Source: Cetorhinus maximus
Lineage: Eukaryota
NCBI RefSeq assembly: GCF_964194155.1
Contig: NC_135885.1
Coordinates: 126,976,001 to 127,040,000 of the forward strand
DNA length: 64,000 bases
Direction of reading: 5' to 3'
A program made the position numbers and the translations under genes. Numbering within the stretch: position 1 is the stretch's first letter; each line of letters opens with the position of its first letter. The notes beneath the pieces were generated by a model. That model was not told the DNA's origin. It saw only the letters and a program-made list of their open reading frames with translations, and made no database searches. Positions 48,592 to 60,650 of the stretch are shown here, piece by piece.

Positions 48592-48965
48592 ACTCCCTTC
48601 CCCCATCCCCACCCCGTTTCTTCCCCCTCCCTTTCGTTTTTTTCAATAATTTATACAGATTTTTCTTTTCCCACCTATTTCCATTATTTTAAAATCTACA
48701 ACTAATACCTTGTCAGTCTTTCCCCCCACCCCCACTAGAGCTGTACCTTGAGTGTCCTGCCATCCATTCTTAATTAGCACATTTTCTTAGATAATATCAC
48801 CACCTTCAACACCTCTTTGATCCTTTTGTCTGTGACATCTTTTGATTATCTGCTCCTATCACTGCTTGCTTGTCCCTACAACCACCTCCCCCCCCTTAAC
48901 TTCTCTCTCCCCCCCGCCCCCCACCTTAAACCAGCTTATATTTCACCCCTCTCCTTACTATACTC

Positions 48966-49004
48966 AGTTCTGTTGAAGGGTCGTGAGGACTCGAAACGTC
49001 GACT
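48966..49004 (+). ncRNA. Minimal hammerhead ribozyme, CUGUUGA core variant
   Basis: AGTT-CTGTTGA-A-GGGTC(GTGAG)GACTC-GAAA-C-GTC-GACT, with the palindromic ACGT in place of stem III. Confidence 0.7.
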
Positions 49005-49900
49005 CTTTTCTTCTCCACTGATGCTACCAGACCTGCTGAGTTTTTCCAGGTAATTCTGTTTTTGTTTTGGATTTCCAGCATCCACAGTAGTTTTTTGTTT
49101 TTAGCTCTTTCTAATGCTTTGCTCACCTTTCTTGAAATTTCTATTCTTTTCTTCCTTATCCTCGTTGCCACTTTTATATCTTGGGTAAATGAGTTCATTG
49201 GCCAGCCGAACTCTAACTGCATGCCTTCCTATGTTCTCCTTAATTGCTACTTGCAATCAATAATGGGGAGAGACTTATGTAAGAATAAATAGTGATGGTT
49301 TATTGAGACATAGAGCAGAGCATCAGGTCATACGTGCTCACTCAGAAACCTCCAGAACTAGACTTACAGTTCCCAGTTGCCCATGCTGTACAGTGATTCA
49401 TCAGTGCTGTCACATGATCAGTACACTTGCATTCTCTTAAATGACAGGGTACCTCACTTTAACCACTCACTTCTTGGGTGAAAATTTCAAATTTATTTAC
49501 AATATACTCAGCAGCAACTACACATGTGCTTTCAACTCCAACGTCTAACTCTGCACTGACTGCTGAGGTAGCCCGTGCTACTCGCCTATTGGTTACTACA
49601 GATCATGTGATCTTGCCTAACACATCTTCTCCTTAAAGGTACATTACATATTAAATTAAAACCATATTTACTACACTATGCCTCTGAATTATGTGCAGGA
49701 TTCTAGCTGGAAGTGCACACACTGCCATTTTGAGTCAGGTGCATTTTAATTCCCCAAACCACACTCTCCCCTGAATCTAACAAATGCCGAATAAATATAT
49801 GTAAATAAATGTCCTTTGCCTGCTTCAGGATGTTACTGCCATCTTCAGCTTTGACAGCACTGGATTTGAAGCCCCTCTGCAAATCCTAAGTCGAGAATTC

Positions 49901-50238
49901 AGGAGTGGACACAAAGAGGAATGCTTCCTCTTATGGGGAAGAGCATAACCAGAGGCCATCAATATAAGACAGTCGCCAAGAAATCAAATAGCAAATTCAG
50001 AATAAACTTCTTTACCCAAAGAGTGGTGAGAATGTGGAGCCTGCTACCATGGGGAGTGGTTGAAGTGAATAGTATAGATTCATTTAAATGGGAGCTAGAC
50101 AGGAATTTGGGGGGAAATGGAATAGATGGTTACAATGGTAGATATAGATGAGAACAGACAGGAGGAGGCTTGAGTGGAGCAAGGGCTGGTTGGGCTAAAT
50201 GGCAAGTTTCTGTTTTGGATATCCTGTGTAATCTTATG
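49901..50238 (+). mobile_element. CR1 LINE 3' fragment
   Basis: ORF 49921-50151 (TRGHQYK...NFFTQRVVRMWSLLP...FKWELD). Confidence 0.85.
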
Positions 50239-50592
50239 AGGTGGGTGTACCAGTGTTAAAGGGATCGACAGCTGCAATTAGGTAAGCACATGGGTTAGCT
50301 GCTTTAAATAGCTAGTTTCACCATTTTCTGAATGTCAGTCCTCTTTTATAGATTGTGCCCTAGAAGTCTTCATCTATGCCCTCTACAGCAGGACTTGGAT
50401 GTGAGCTAGCATCACCCACCCACCCAGGCCATTTTTTACTGCTGCCCTTGCTGATGCTCACCTTTGCTCTGTAATTTTGCGCAGTATAGACCCTCTCTAA
50501 CTGATTCTCTACAGGCCTTAAACTGGACCTCAAAATAAGAGGAGCAAAGGACAATGGTTAACGGGTTATGGCAAGCATAAGCAGTAGCAGCA

Positions 50593-50726
50593 GGAGGTGA
50601 TGGTGCAGTGGTAATGTCACTGGACTAGTAATCCAGAGGTCCAAGCTAATGCTGTGGGGTCACAGGTTCAAATCCCACCATGGCAACCAATAAAATAGCC
50701 ATCAATAATGGTGATTGTCATTAAAA
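50593..50726 (+). mobile_element. tRNA-derived head of the same SINE/LINE family (head only)
   Basis: A box TGGTGCAGTGG 50601-50611, anticodon-like hairpin CTGGA-CTAGTAA-TCCAG 50620-50636, B box GGTTCAAATCC 50665-50675. Aligns with 12575-12670 and 23709-23780. Confidence 0.8.
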
Positions 50727-51341
50727 AGGTTTGCCAACTCTGGCCAGACATATTCTGGGAGACACTGGTGGCGGTGACACCAAGGAAGCATGTGGTATGG
50801 CACAAGTGGGTTCCAGGTTTATGAGTAGCCTACAAATAAGGTACTTAAATACAAATCCTGCTCCACCTCCTCTTACTGCTGTTGATGTGCAATAATTGCA
50901 GGAGTGGAGGAGAGATAGTGGAAACATCAGCAACAAGAAACTCTCAATTGCAACTGAGGTACTTATGTTCTGTCACAGCCATATCCAGCTGCTACTCTCA
51001 CCCTGTACCTCAACTCCTGGCATTTTACTTGACAAGTCACATCACCCCCCTGCCACTGCCAACTGCAGTGCCCTCTGGGAGCTGTAGTCTGCTCGCCACC
51101 CAGTTCCCTGCTCTCCTCTATGCAGGGATAGAGAGACTACATTTCCCAGCCAGCACTGTGGGAACTCTCCTTCCTGCTTTGAGGACGGGTGATGATACGT
51201 GTGGAGCCAGCTGGCCTGACTCACTCAATGACGTCAATGTAAAATATTGTTTTAGAATCTCCAGGGTGGCTTTCTTTGGCCAGCAGAAGATTGATGCCGA
51301 TCCCAGGAGACACCCAGTTATTCTGGGAGGTTGGCAACCCT
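50727..51341. mobile_element. Non-autonomous DNA transposon with hAT-like TIRs
   Basis: AGGTTTGCCAAC ... GTTGGCAACCCT inverted termini (11/12 match). TSD not convincing. Confidence 0.5.
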
Positions 51342-51447
51342 GCCATAGATGCCAACATCTCATGAAAGGATAAAGAAAAAAAAAGATAATTAAGCATACT
51401 CAAGTTGTCATGTCGAGTGTATGTATGCCAGACATTTCTTTTAATGT

Positions 51448-51648
51448 CTGACAGCATCTGTGGAGAGAAAGACAGAGTTAACGTTTCGAGTCCGTATGGC
51501 TTTTCTTCAGAACTCAGAGAGTCATACGGACTCGAAACGTTAACTCTGTCTTTCTCTCCACAGATGCTGTCAGGCCTGCCGAGTTTTTCCAGCAATTTTT
51601 GTTTCTGTTTTTGTTTCAGATTTCCAGCATCCGCAGTATTTTGCTTCT
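51448..51648 (+). mobile_element. Miniature Penelope-like terminal insertion forming a 51-bp perfect palindrome
   Basis: Arms 51448-51498 / 51523-51573, followed by the family tail. Imperfect 14-bp TSD (51434-51447 / 51649-51662, 2 mismatches). Hammerhead core CTGAAGA...GAAA on the minus strand at 51476-51514. Confidence 0.85.
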
Positions 51649-54588
51649 ATTTCTTTCACTGTTGTCACCTGCCAAATTCCTGGTCCACCCTCTGTCATGG
51701 GCATGAGCACTTGGATTGATTGTCACCATTTTTTGTGAGAGCCTTTTATTATGTGTCAGTTTGTCCTGCAAGAAAAAAAGAGAGTTGTGCTAACATGCAT
51801 CCTCCTGTGTGGTTGTGAAAGTGTGCAAAGCCATTAGCTGCAGGGAAATGAGGGAAGTCATTGTGAGCACAGCAGCACTCCACATAATTGGCAAGTGACT
51901 GCAAGAGGAGGTTCAGTGAAGTTTGCTAAGAGAAAAGGCATGGAAAGCTGGAGAGGGAAGGCGTGTGTGCGGTAGCCTTACAGAGGATGTCAAGCTGGGC
52001 AAAGAGTAAGACATCAATGTTAACTTAGCAGTTCTGGTCAAATTAGTACTGATGCCAGGTTCTCAGTGTGATTCTATGCGCATTAATCTGCTCAGCCACC
52101 TCAGCCCAGTATTGCCAGACTATTTGCCTTGGCACCTTCCATCATGAGCGGTTAAAATCTTCTCCCTCCTGCTGACTTTACAAAGTGCTTACAGCATATA
52201 ATAATGCCATTTGGCCCAATGGGTTTATGTCAGTGTTTCTGCTCCATACCATATGTTTATACCAGCTTCTTCCACCCTGTTTATCTAATGCCATCAATCC
52301 TTTCTCCCACATGTGCTTATCTAGCTTCTCCATAAATGCATCTGTGGTATTTGCCTCACTATTCCTAGTGGTAGCGAGTTCTATATTTTAACTACTTTCT
52401 GGATAAATAAGTATTCACTTTCCTCATGTCAGCTGCCTGTTATTGGAATCCTCAATCAGAACGTGCTACTTGCTGAAACAGAACATGCAATGGATCAATA
52501 GACCATGGCTATGCTGTCAGTCCTCTACAACATTGTATGCAGAGCAATAAAAAACAAAGAGGCTGAACTAGACCTGTGATTCTATATCAGGAACATAAGA
52601 ACTGCTGCAACCTCATCACAGCATTCTATCTAAAATACCAGTGATGAGATTTGAAGCACTCCAGGAATATTGCAATGGGTTCACAGCAATATTAAACCAC
52701 AAGATGAATGCCCATTCTAGAGATTGCAAATCTAATATGAGAGGCTGTGAAAGCTTTATGATAAACAAGTCAGTAAAATAGAAAGCTATATGTAAACAGC
52801 AAAACATTTTATGGAAGAAAATATGTTTTTCACAGAGCAGTATCTGATAAAAAGATATAGCAATTGATGAGAAAAGAGTCCAGGAGGGTTATGTATTCTT
52901 TTCAGCAGCTGTTTGTCTATCTGAAAATTTATTGAGTCTCTGCAGCTAAGCCCTTTATCGGTGTTTGTAATATGCAGCCAACTTGGTTTGATTGGGATGT
53001 CTCACTAAAGACATCTCAGATAAGAAAAAAAAATGATTACTTTATATTCCTGAATCACATTTTATTTGTGGATTATTTATTATAGTTGCATCAAACATTA
53101 AGCTCTATCTGTGACTGAAATTCTCCTAAGGTGGCAATGAACCTTTTGTATTGAGCGTGGTTGTTAGTTCCTAAATATTGAGAGCCCAGGCCCTCCAGCA
53201 ATGTGGTCTATCTTGTGGTCTCCAGTCAGTCTGGGTTAAGCCTCAATTTAGGCTCGAGAATGGAGCTGTGCAGGTTTTGCCAATTTAATCAAACTAGTCA
53301 GATACCCATTTTTTTTTTTGGCTTGCTTTGAATTTTTCTCTCTTTTTTTCTAAACTCCCTGAAGTTTATATGTGGGTGGAATATTGAACAGCTACAGCTG
53401 CAATCTGCTGTAATGGCCATCTGCAGGACTAGAGTGGCCTGGGTCACGGAAGCTAACTGTGGCAGACCTCCAAGTTCAGTTAGCGGCTTAGCAAATTCTT
53501 TCTTTATCCTTGTTTATGCGGGTACCAGGATTTTATACAGGTGTCACACAGGTTACTACATGAAGCTTGCAGGTATTATTATTGATCAAACTGAACTGGG
53601 TTGCCACTATCGGCCAAATGCGAATGAAAGTTATCAGAGAAAACTTTTTCTTGTATTGTAACTTGTCTTTTTTTTTACAAGATGTTGATAACCATCAGTT
53701 AGTGTACAGTGTACAATGAGATAATGTGAATTTTACTGAGCAGTGGGCAAATAATGAAATTATTTCAAAACTCTGCAATCCTGAAGAAATTAACTGAATA
53801 TTTTATAGTGAGCTCATTTATGAAACAAAGTAAAAATGAAGGGGTTTCCATCCAATCATGAAATGGCAACTGGAGTTGATTTTGTTTTCAAAATATTAAC
53901 CAAAATGAGAAATGCCTGACAGCTTAAAATGTGATCATTACTGATGTCCCTTTAACATAGATCACAATAAGTAACCTAAAAAAAAAGCCATGATTTTAAT
54001 TTGATCTGAACGGGAAATGTTCAAGGTGCATCCCAACTGATTTTACACATTGTTAACTTCGGTGAAGCATAAAATCAGGAAAGTATAACACAGATTTCCA
54101 AATGCACCCTGTTTCTGCCAGGTGTATTACATTAAAGTCAAGAGGGAATTTTAATAGAATTTTCCAGTTGGCATGTGGGCGAGCGCCCCGACGTCACCGA
54201 GCGCCATCGCAATATTTCGCTGGGCGGGCGCGTGATGATGCCCGATGCACACCCGCCATAATTAACGGGCCACTTAAGGCCCTTGACTCCCTAATCGACG
54301 ACAATTTTTTGGCGCCCGTGCAATCTTCGGGTAGTCGCACGGGTGCAACGGGCAGGCGAGTCGAACACATTTGTATAAACCTAATCCACGGGCGGGATAA
54401 GAGGGCACAGTGGGGTCGCAAGTGTGCACTGTCAAGTATTTATTTATGAAAGTTTTTGAAACTTGCCTATGTGATCTGCAGCACTTACCAGCTGCTTTTT
54501 CTGGACTCTTAACTTTCAGGTCAGCACTCTACAGTGAGTAATCTTTTCTGGGCCTACAGGTTATAGGAAGCCTTTCGTTAGCCTGGGA

Positions 54589-55822
54589 ATGGGAGCTGAA
54601 CTGTCCACTGGAGCCACCTCCTCTGAGGAGGAAGGGAGGGCTAGAAGGAGGAGGAGGCCAGGAGTGGATATTCAGCCTCCAAGGGAGCCATCTTTGGGAG
54701 GACAGGCACAGGCACAAGGGGCGCAGGGCCAAGAGATGGTCCAAGGCGGAAGGGGCCGCAGAAGACACAACTAACCTGCTGCCAGGGTATACAGGCAGCA
54801 AAGCAGCTGGCTCAATATGTCTGAGGTGCAGTGCAGAAGGAGGCTCTGTCTCTCAAGGGAGACAGTCAACTATATCTGTCAGATGATAGTGCCTGAGATC
54901 TCTCCTAACTGTGGGGGTGGACACCCCATGCCAGTGGCTTTGAAGGTCACAGCTGCCTTCAACTTCTATACCTCTGGCTCCTTCCAGGGGTCGGTAGGTG
55001 ATCTTTGTGGTGTATCCCAATCAGCTGTCCACACTTGTGTCAAGCAGGTTACAAATGCTCTGTTTAGGCGTGCATTGATCTTCATCCACTACTGTTGGGA
55101 ACAGGCAAGCCAGACACAGTGAACCAGAGGCTTCGCGGCCATTGCTGGCTTTCCCCGCGTCCAGGGTGCAATAGACTGTACACATGTGGCCATCAAGACG
55201 CCAGCAGGTGAGCCCGGTGCCTTCGTCAACAGGAAGGGCTTCCACTCCATGAACGTGCAGATAGTGTGTGAGCACAGGATGCTGATTTTACAAGTCTGTG
55301 CAAGGTACCCAGGCAGCTCCCACGACACCTACACCCTCAGGCACTCCCAGGTGCCGGGGCTCTTCAGTGCTCCAGCCTGGCTTGATGGATGGCTGCTGGG
55401 TGACAAGGGCTATCCCCTCAAAAGATGGCTCATGACGCCTCTCCGCCATCCAAGAACAGAAGCTGAGCAGTGGTACAATAGAAGCCACGCCTACATAAGG
55501 GCTCTGATGGAGAGAGCCATCGGTCTTCTCAAGATCCGCTTCTGATGCCTGGACCACTCAGGAGGGGCACTCCAGTACCCCCCAGATTGTGTCTCAGTGT
55601 TAGTGGTTGCATACTGTGGTCTCCACAATCTTGCGCTGGAAAGGGGGATGCGGTGGACGATGAAGATGCCGACGCAGTGGCTGCGGCTGCACACGATGAA
55701 TCCAGCAGTGAGTCCGAGGATGAGCACGCACAGGGAAATGCTGAGGGGGTAGATGCTGGCCCGGACATACTCCAGGAAGGCAGGGACACCCAGGAGGCAT
55801 TAATCCAATGAACCTTCAGCTA
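54589..55822 (+). pseudogene. Harbinger DDE transposase (HARBI1-like), few disruptions
   Basis: ORF pieces 54589-54774, 54817-55122 and 55186-55545 with [52 protein letters not shown] and an acidic tail. Confidence 0.93.
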
Positions 55823-56139
55823 GCACACCATAGATGGACCTCCAGGACAAGCCTGGGCTGTAGGCTCGATACTCAACATCGAAGTGCAAAATCTGCCAGA
55901 TTAGGAATGGTCACTAAGGGTCTTGTTAATAAAGCTGAATGTCCCACAAAGCACTCATTACAGTTTTAGAAACCATATGCATGCAGAAGAAAAGAGGCAC
56001 CCTCAGTCATGGTGACATATCTGAATTTAATATTTCAAGCAAACCAACTTATTCCAAAATAAAAGAGAATAGTGTTACAAAACAAAAGGACCTCATCTCG
56101 GGCCAACTCAAAAGCACCAGTGAAAAACCCGTGTTGTGC

Positions 56140-58422
56140 CTAAGGTGCCTTATGTTTTCGTTTCCGGGTGCTGCGTCTTGGTGCTGCCTCATCGCTCGGA
56201 GTGGCATCTGAGACAGCCTGCTGTCCTGTTGACCTTGATGACCTTGGTGGTCATTCTCTGGCCCGTGGAGCCAGTGCTGGCTCTGCCTGGAAGGGAGCTA
56301 CCAGTTCCAAGCTGGCATCTCCCCAGTCATTGCAGCCTCGCCAGGTGCTACGGTGACTGGGAGAAGGGCAAAGGAGCTGCTACCCTTGTCCAGAGTGCCC
56401 TGAGAGGTGACGGCAGAGATGACAAGCAGCTGCTGCGCCGATGTGAGGTCGCTTCAGACCTCCCTGCTTAACGTGGATGGATGGGCACTGAGCTGGGAAA
56501 GTTGATGTCCAAACCATTTCCCACATTGGCATTGACCAACTGAGATCAATGCTGATGTGAGGGCTTGCTGGTCAGAGCGCATCCTCAGGAAGCCCTGTTG
56601 AGTCTCCTGGAGGAGCCTCTCCACGAGAGTCGCCACTCTTTCCATGGCGCTCGGCCATGTGGCTCATTGCTTCAGCGATCGTCCTTATAGACTCCTCCAC
56701 CACAGAGGTCAAGCCAAGCATAGCCTCATATCTCCCCCAGACGCTCCCTCACACCTGGCCGCATTTCCTGCTGCATCACGGACGACTCCAGAGGCATATC
56801 ATCAGGTATCGGCTGAGCATGTGCCTGGTCCCCTGCAGTCCTCCGACTGCTGGCGCCATGGGCACTCTCTGTCTCTGCCAGCTCCTCCAGCGACTGTGAA
56901 GTGCCCTCACTGCTGTGTCCCAGGACACTAGCCAATGTTCGAATTCCCACCGAGGTGTTAGTATCTGCGCTGCTGCCTGCCTGGCAGAGATGGTGTGACG
57001 CTGGTGGGACCTCAATGCCCCTCAGGTGTGAGAGGGGGTCTCTGCTCCTCCTCCTGGCCCTGCTCCGCTGATGCTGAAAGGAAGAACAAGGACAGTGGAT
57101 CAATTAACATGGAGACAATGTCAATGTGCATCCCTGTCCCCTGGATCATTATGCGCTCATCCTTCCATAAGCAATGGCCAAGCCATGTTGCAAAATTAAA
57201 TCAATTAACATTCAGCAGCGCTATGGCTGTTGGGAGAACAATGCTGACCTCACCGTTGGGCATAAATATCTGGCCGGAGCACGACATTCTCAGCTACAGC
57301 AATGGACACGGGCGCAGGGCACCTCTCCTGATCCAGGGCCTCCTGTTCGAAACGGCTAAGAATGGCGACCTGCGCCTGCCTGCCGCCAGTCCCCACACTC
57401 TCTGCCGCGTTATGAGCATTCTTCTCCTGAAAATGAGAGAAGAGCATTGATTAGTGCTAATTGCACATGGACTCTTTCCGCGCACAGCCCACCCCAACCA
57501 GAGTGGGACATATCAGGGCTCCAGTGCCACCTCTACCCCACTGCTGCCAAACACTCACACAAAGATACTTGGCCTGTACCCCACCCCCACGCCCTTGGGC
57601 ATATGCTGCCCACATCACATTAGGCACCGCAAGGTATATCCTTCCATAGCAAGGAGGCGCAAGCACATAGAGCGCAGAGCGCTGCAGATGGTTCATTGCC
57701 ACGCCATCTTGAAGCTCCCCTCCCAGCATGTCATCACCCTGACTTGGGCATGTCCTGGAGTTCCAACACTGCACCTAGGTGCAGCTCCTCCAGGTTGCCC
57801 CCACACCAGTCATGTGGGACTCAGTGTAACACATGCTGCGAGGGCGAAACATATCTCTTCATCACCTTCTCAGGCTGACCTCAGCATGGGCAATATCTGC
57901 TGGCCCACCCAGCAAAGGAAAAATACCGTCAATGATTCAATGCAGTCATTACACCAGACTTGGGGAGGGGTGAGTGATGGCGGGGAGCAGGGGGGGTAAG
58001 CCGACCTGCTGGGTTACATGACCAATGCCAACATGGTACTCACCCTGCCAGAGCGCAGCAGGTTGTTGAAGCGCTTGCAACACTGGATCCAAGTTCGCTG
58101 CACCACGTCACGGGAACTCCCACCTCCGCCACCTCCTCCCCGGCACGTTTCATCATGTGGGGGGGCCTCCTCCTCCAATCCTGGGGAACCAGCACCTCCC
58201 GCCATGCTGACACCTCCTCGAGGAGGGCAGAAAGGCAGTCATCCAAAAAACGAGGGGCACACTGGACCCCCGCCCTACCCTCCGGCCTGGCCTGCCCTGA
58301 AGGGCTAACCTCTGGCCTGGCCTGTCCCACTGCCCTACCCTCGAGCCTGGCCTGCTCCGCTGGCCTACTCTCCGGACTGTCCTGCTCACCAGAAGCCGTG
58401 TGGTGAGCCCTCCCACTTGCCA
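56140..58422 (-). pseudogene. Harbinger Myb/SANT DNA-binding protein gene, three exons (about 58422-58044, 57426-57254, 57073-56140)
   Basis: APRFLDDCLSALLEEV...RTWIQCCKRFNNLLRSGR, then GTGAGT donor (58043), TTTTCAG acceptor (57427), GTGAG donor (57253) and CTTTCAG acceptor (57074). Confidence 0.85.
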
Positions 58423-58743
58423 TTGCGAGCGGCCTTGCGAAGGCTTCCAGCGCTTCTGATAAACAGGCCGCTGGGTTGCCATCGGACTTGGCGGACAATG
58501 CACTGCCGCTGCTGCCCGCCCACTCCCACTATCCTCGGAAATCGCGCATTACGCAGGGTGGGCCTTAATTGGCCCGACTGTGTAAAATGGCGGTGTGGTC
58601 CTGATCGCGGGTGGCGATGGGGTCCGCACCCACCCACGCCTGGTCCCACTCCGCCACCCCCCCGCCCAACACCCCCCCGCCGCCCAACACCGCCCCCCCC
58701 CCCCCCCCCCCCACCCCCACCTGCCAACCAGAAAATTCAGCCC

Positions 58744-59710
58744 ATGGGTGTGTTGGTGTGGGAGTGGGTACAGGTGGGGAATTAAACGGCCAAAAAAATG
58801 GAATCATGTTGGGCAGCTAGCTCCAACCTGCCACCTTCAGCTTTTACTCAGGTCGGACAAGGGTTGGGAGCCGGAAGCCGCAGAGTTAACCTAATTTGCA
58901 GCTTTACCTGTGGCCGGCCGGGTTTTATGTGCCTCAGGAAATCCAGCAGCTGCGGTGAGGCAAGAACAGCCGGGGGAAGAAGGTGCCTTCACAGCCCTGT
59001 TTGTGGGCCAGGAGGAGCAGGAGTGCTTCCTTCCAGCCCCCTAAGCTCCATATCCCCAACATCAGAACATCCCTCCCATGTACAAAACCCCCCCACAGCA
59101 CAGGATCAGACCCCTTTTCCCCCTGGATCGGTTCCTGCCCTGGAAACAATCAGACCCCACCCCTAGCTCAGGCAAGCATCAGAATCAGGGACACCCCCAA
59201 CCCCCCACCCCCACTCACAAGGACCATCAGAAACCTACCTCCCTCCCTTTAGATTGGACTCCCTTCCCTCCACATAACCCACCCCCCCCACACTTCCCTG
59301 CACCCCCCACATCCCTCCCCAATTAAACGAGTTAAGGATTGGGCCACAACCAGGATTGGGGGCCGGACTTCCCTGGATGGGACCCTGTCTCCAGGTCAGG
59401 GATCAGACATTCCAGGGGTCGGATCAGGGATCAGGAGTTGGACCTACTTGTACCAATGGCCTCTTCTCCTTGAAGTTCTCCACCTCCCTACTCTCTTTCC
59501 TCTTTTAAAATGCTCTTTAAAACCTACTTCTTCAGCCGAGTTTCAGTTATTGCCCTAATATCTCCTTATGTGGCCCCATGTCAGATTGTACATTATAACT
59601 TCAGCCAGCAAATGTGTCAGTAGTGCCAGATACATGCTGTGGTTACGGTCCAGGCTGCAACTCCCGACCCTCCTACATTTGGTGCTCCAAGTGGGTCGAA
59701 AATTTTAAAC
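58744..59710. mobile_element. GC-rich non-autonomous DNA-transposon-like segment abutting the Harbinger
   Basis: Composition and the TCGAAAATTT end resemble the other local MITEs. Boundaries uncertain. Confidence 0.4.
59467..59599 (+). repeat. 133-bp copy of 60152-60284
   Basis: Identical except for one A/G difference (59592 vs 60277). Confidence 0.95.
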
Positions 59711-59809
59711 TCTCCCCAAGGCTTTTATTACACTTTCATAAAGATAGGAGTTGTAGCTTTTGATCAAAAATGTAAAAGAAGCTTTTTAACATTAATGGCT
59801 GCACTATTA

Positions 59810-60362
59810 CTGATTCTATTTCATTGCTATTTCAATGCACTCCTGGCTGGCCCACCACTTTCCCCTCTTCTAAAACTGGAGCTGCTGTCCGTATCCTATG
59901 TCATGGCAAGTCCTATCCATCAGTCAGTCACATGCTTGCTGACCTACAATGCCGAGTATTGCCTCGATTTTAAAATTCTCATCCTTGTACTCAAATTCCT
60001 CCAAACTCTCTATCTGACGTCATTGGGTTCTACAACTCTTTGAGATCTCTGCACTCCACTGGTTCCGGCCTCTTGTACATCCCAGATTTCCACTGCTCCA
60101 CTATTGGTAATGGTGCCTTCAATTGCCTAGATCCTAAGCTCAGAAATTTCTTCCTTGAAGTTCTCCACCTCCCTACTCTCTTTCCTCTTTTAAAATGCTC
60201 TTTAAAACCTACTTCTTCAGCCGAGTTTCAGTTATTGCCCTAATATCTCCTTATGTGGCCCCATGTCAGATTGTACGTTATAACATTCCTCTGAAGAGCC
60301 TCGGGATGTTTTACAACATTGAAGGCATTGTATATATATGTGTAAATTATCGTTGTCGTTGT
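59810..60362 (+). mobile_element. Old L2-clade LINE 3' fragment
   Basis: YFNALLAGPP, CLDFKILILVLK, TIGNGAFNCLDPKL and a tail similar to the DeuSINE tail. Confidence 0.75.
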
Positions 60363-60650
60363 ACACTTTGGTGCATCACATTTACATAATAATAAGAAAA
60401 GTTGGAGATGTTTTAGGTATTTATGTGAATGCAACATCTCTGATCTGAGGGTCAACATACACTTGGCAGTGTTTTGTTTTCCACACTCTCGCCTGTCGCT
60501 CTTTATAAGTATAAATGCACATAGTGGCTGTATCCTGCAAACTGTTTCAGCTAGCACACTAACTCTGGTGGGACAAGCTAGCAGATTTTGCTACTTGTGA
60601 GAAAGAATGCCTGTCTTCCGGTGTTTGAAAGCTGTGTGCAGTAAAATAAT

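Larger units (their letters stand above)
46976..49103 (+). mobile_element. Young 5'-truncated Penelope-like element with an inverted duplicated 3' end
   Basis: Inverted arms 46976-47668 and 48331-49017. 13-bp TSD GCTCTTTCTAATG at 46965-46977 / 49104-49116. Confidence 0.93.
54157..58743. mobile_element. Full-length-sized decayed PIF/Harbinger transposon (about 4.6 kb)
   Basis: TIR GAATTTTCCAGTTGGCA (54157-54173, outermost bases lost) vs TGCCAACCAGAAAATTCAGCCC (58722-58743). Transposase on +, Myb/SANT gene on -. Confidence 0.92.

Noticed and set aside
54589-55822. Domesticated host HARBI1 gene (also 18826-20022)
   Set aside because: In-frame stops, enclosure by TIRs and several related copies show these are transposon copies.
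58386-58894. Proline-rich or glycine-rich proteins (also 6213-6491)
   Set aside because: These are translations of a poly-C tract and of a (GAG)n acidic-tail repeat in the wrong frame or strand.
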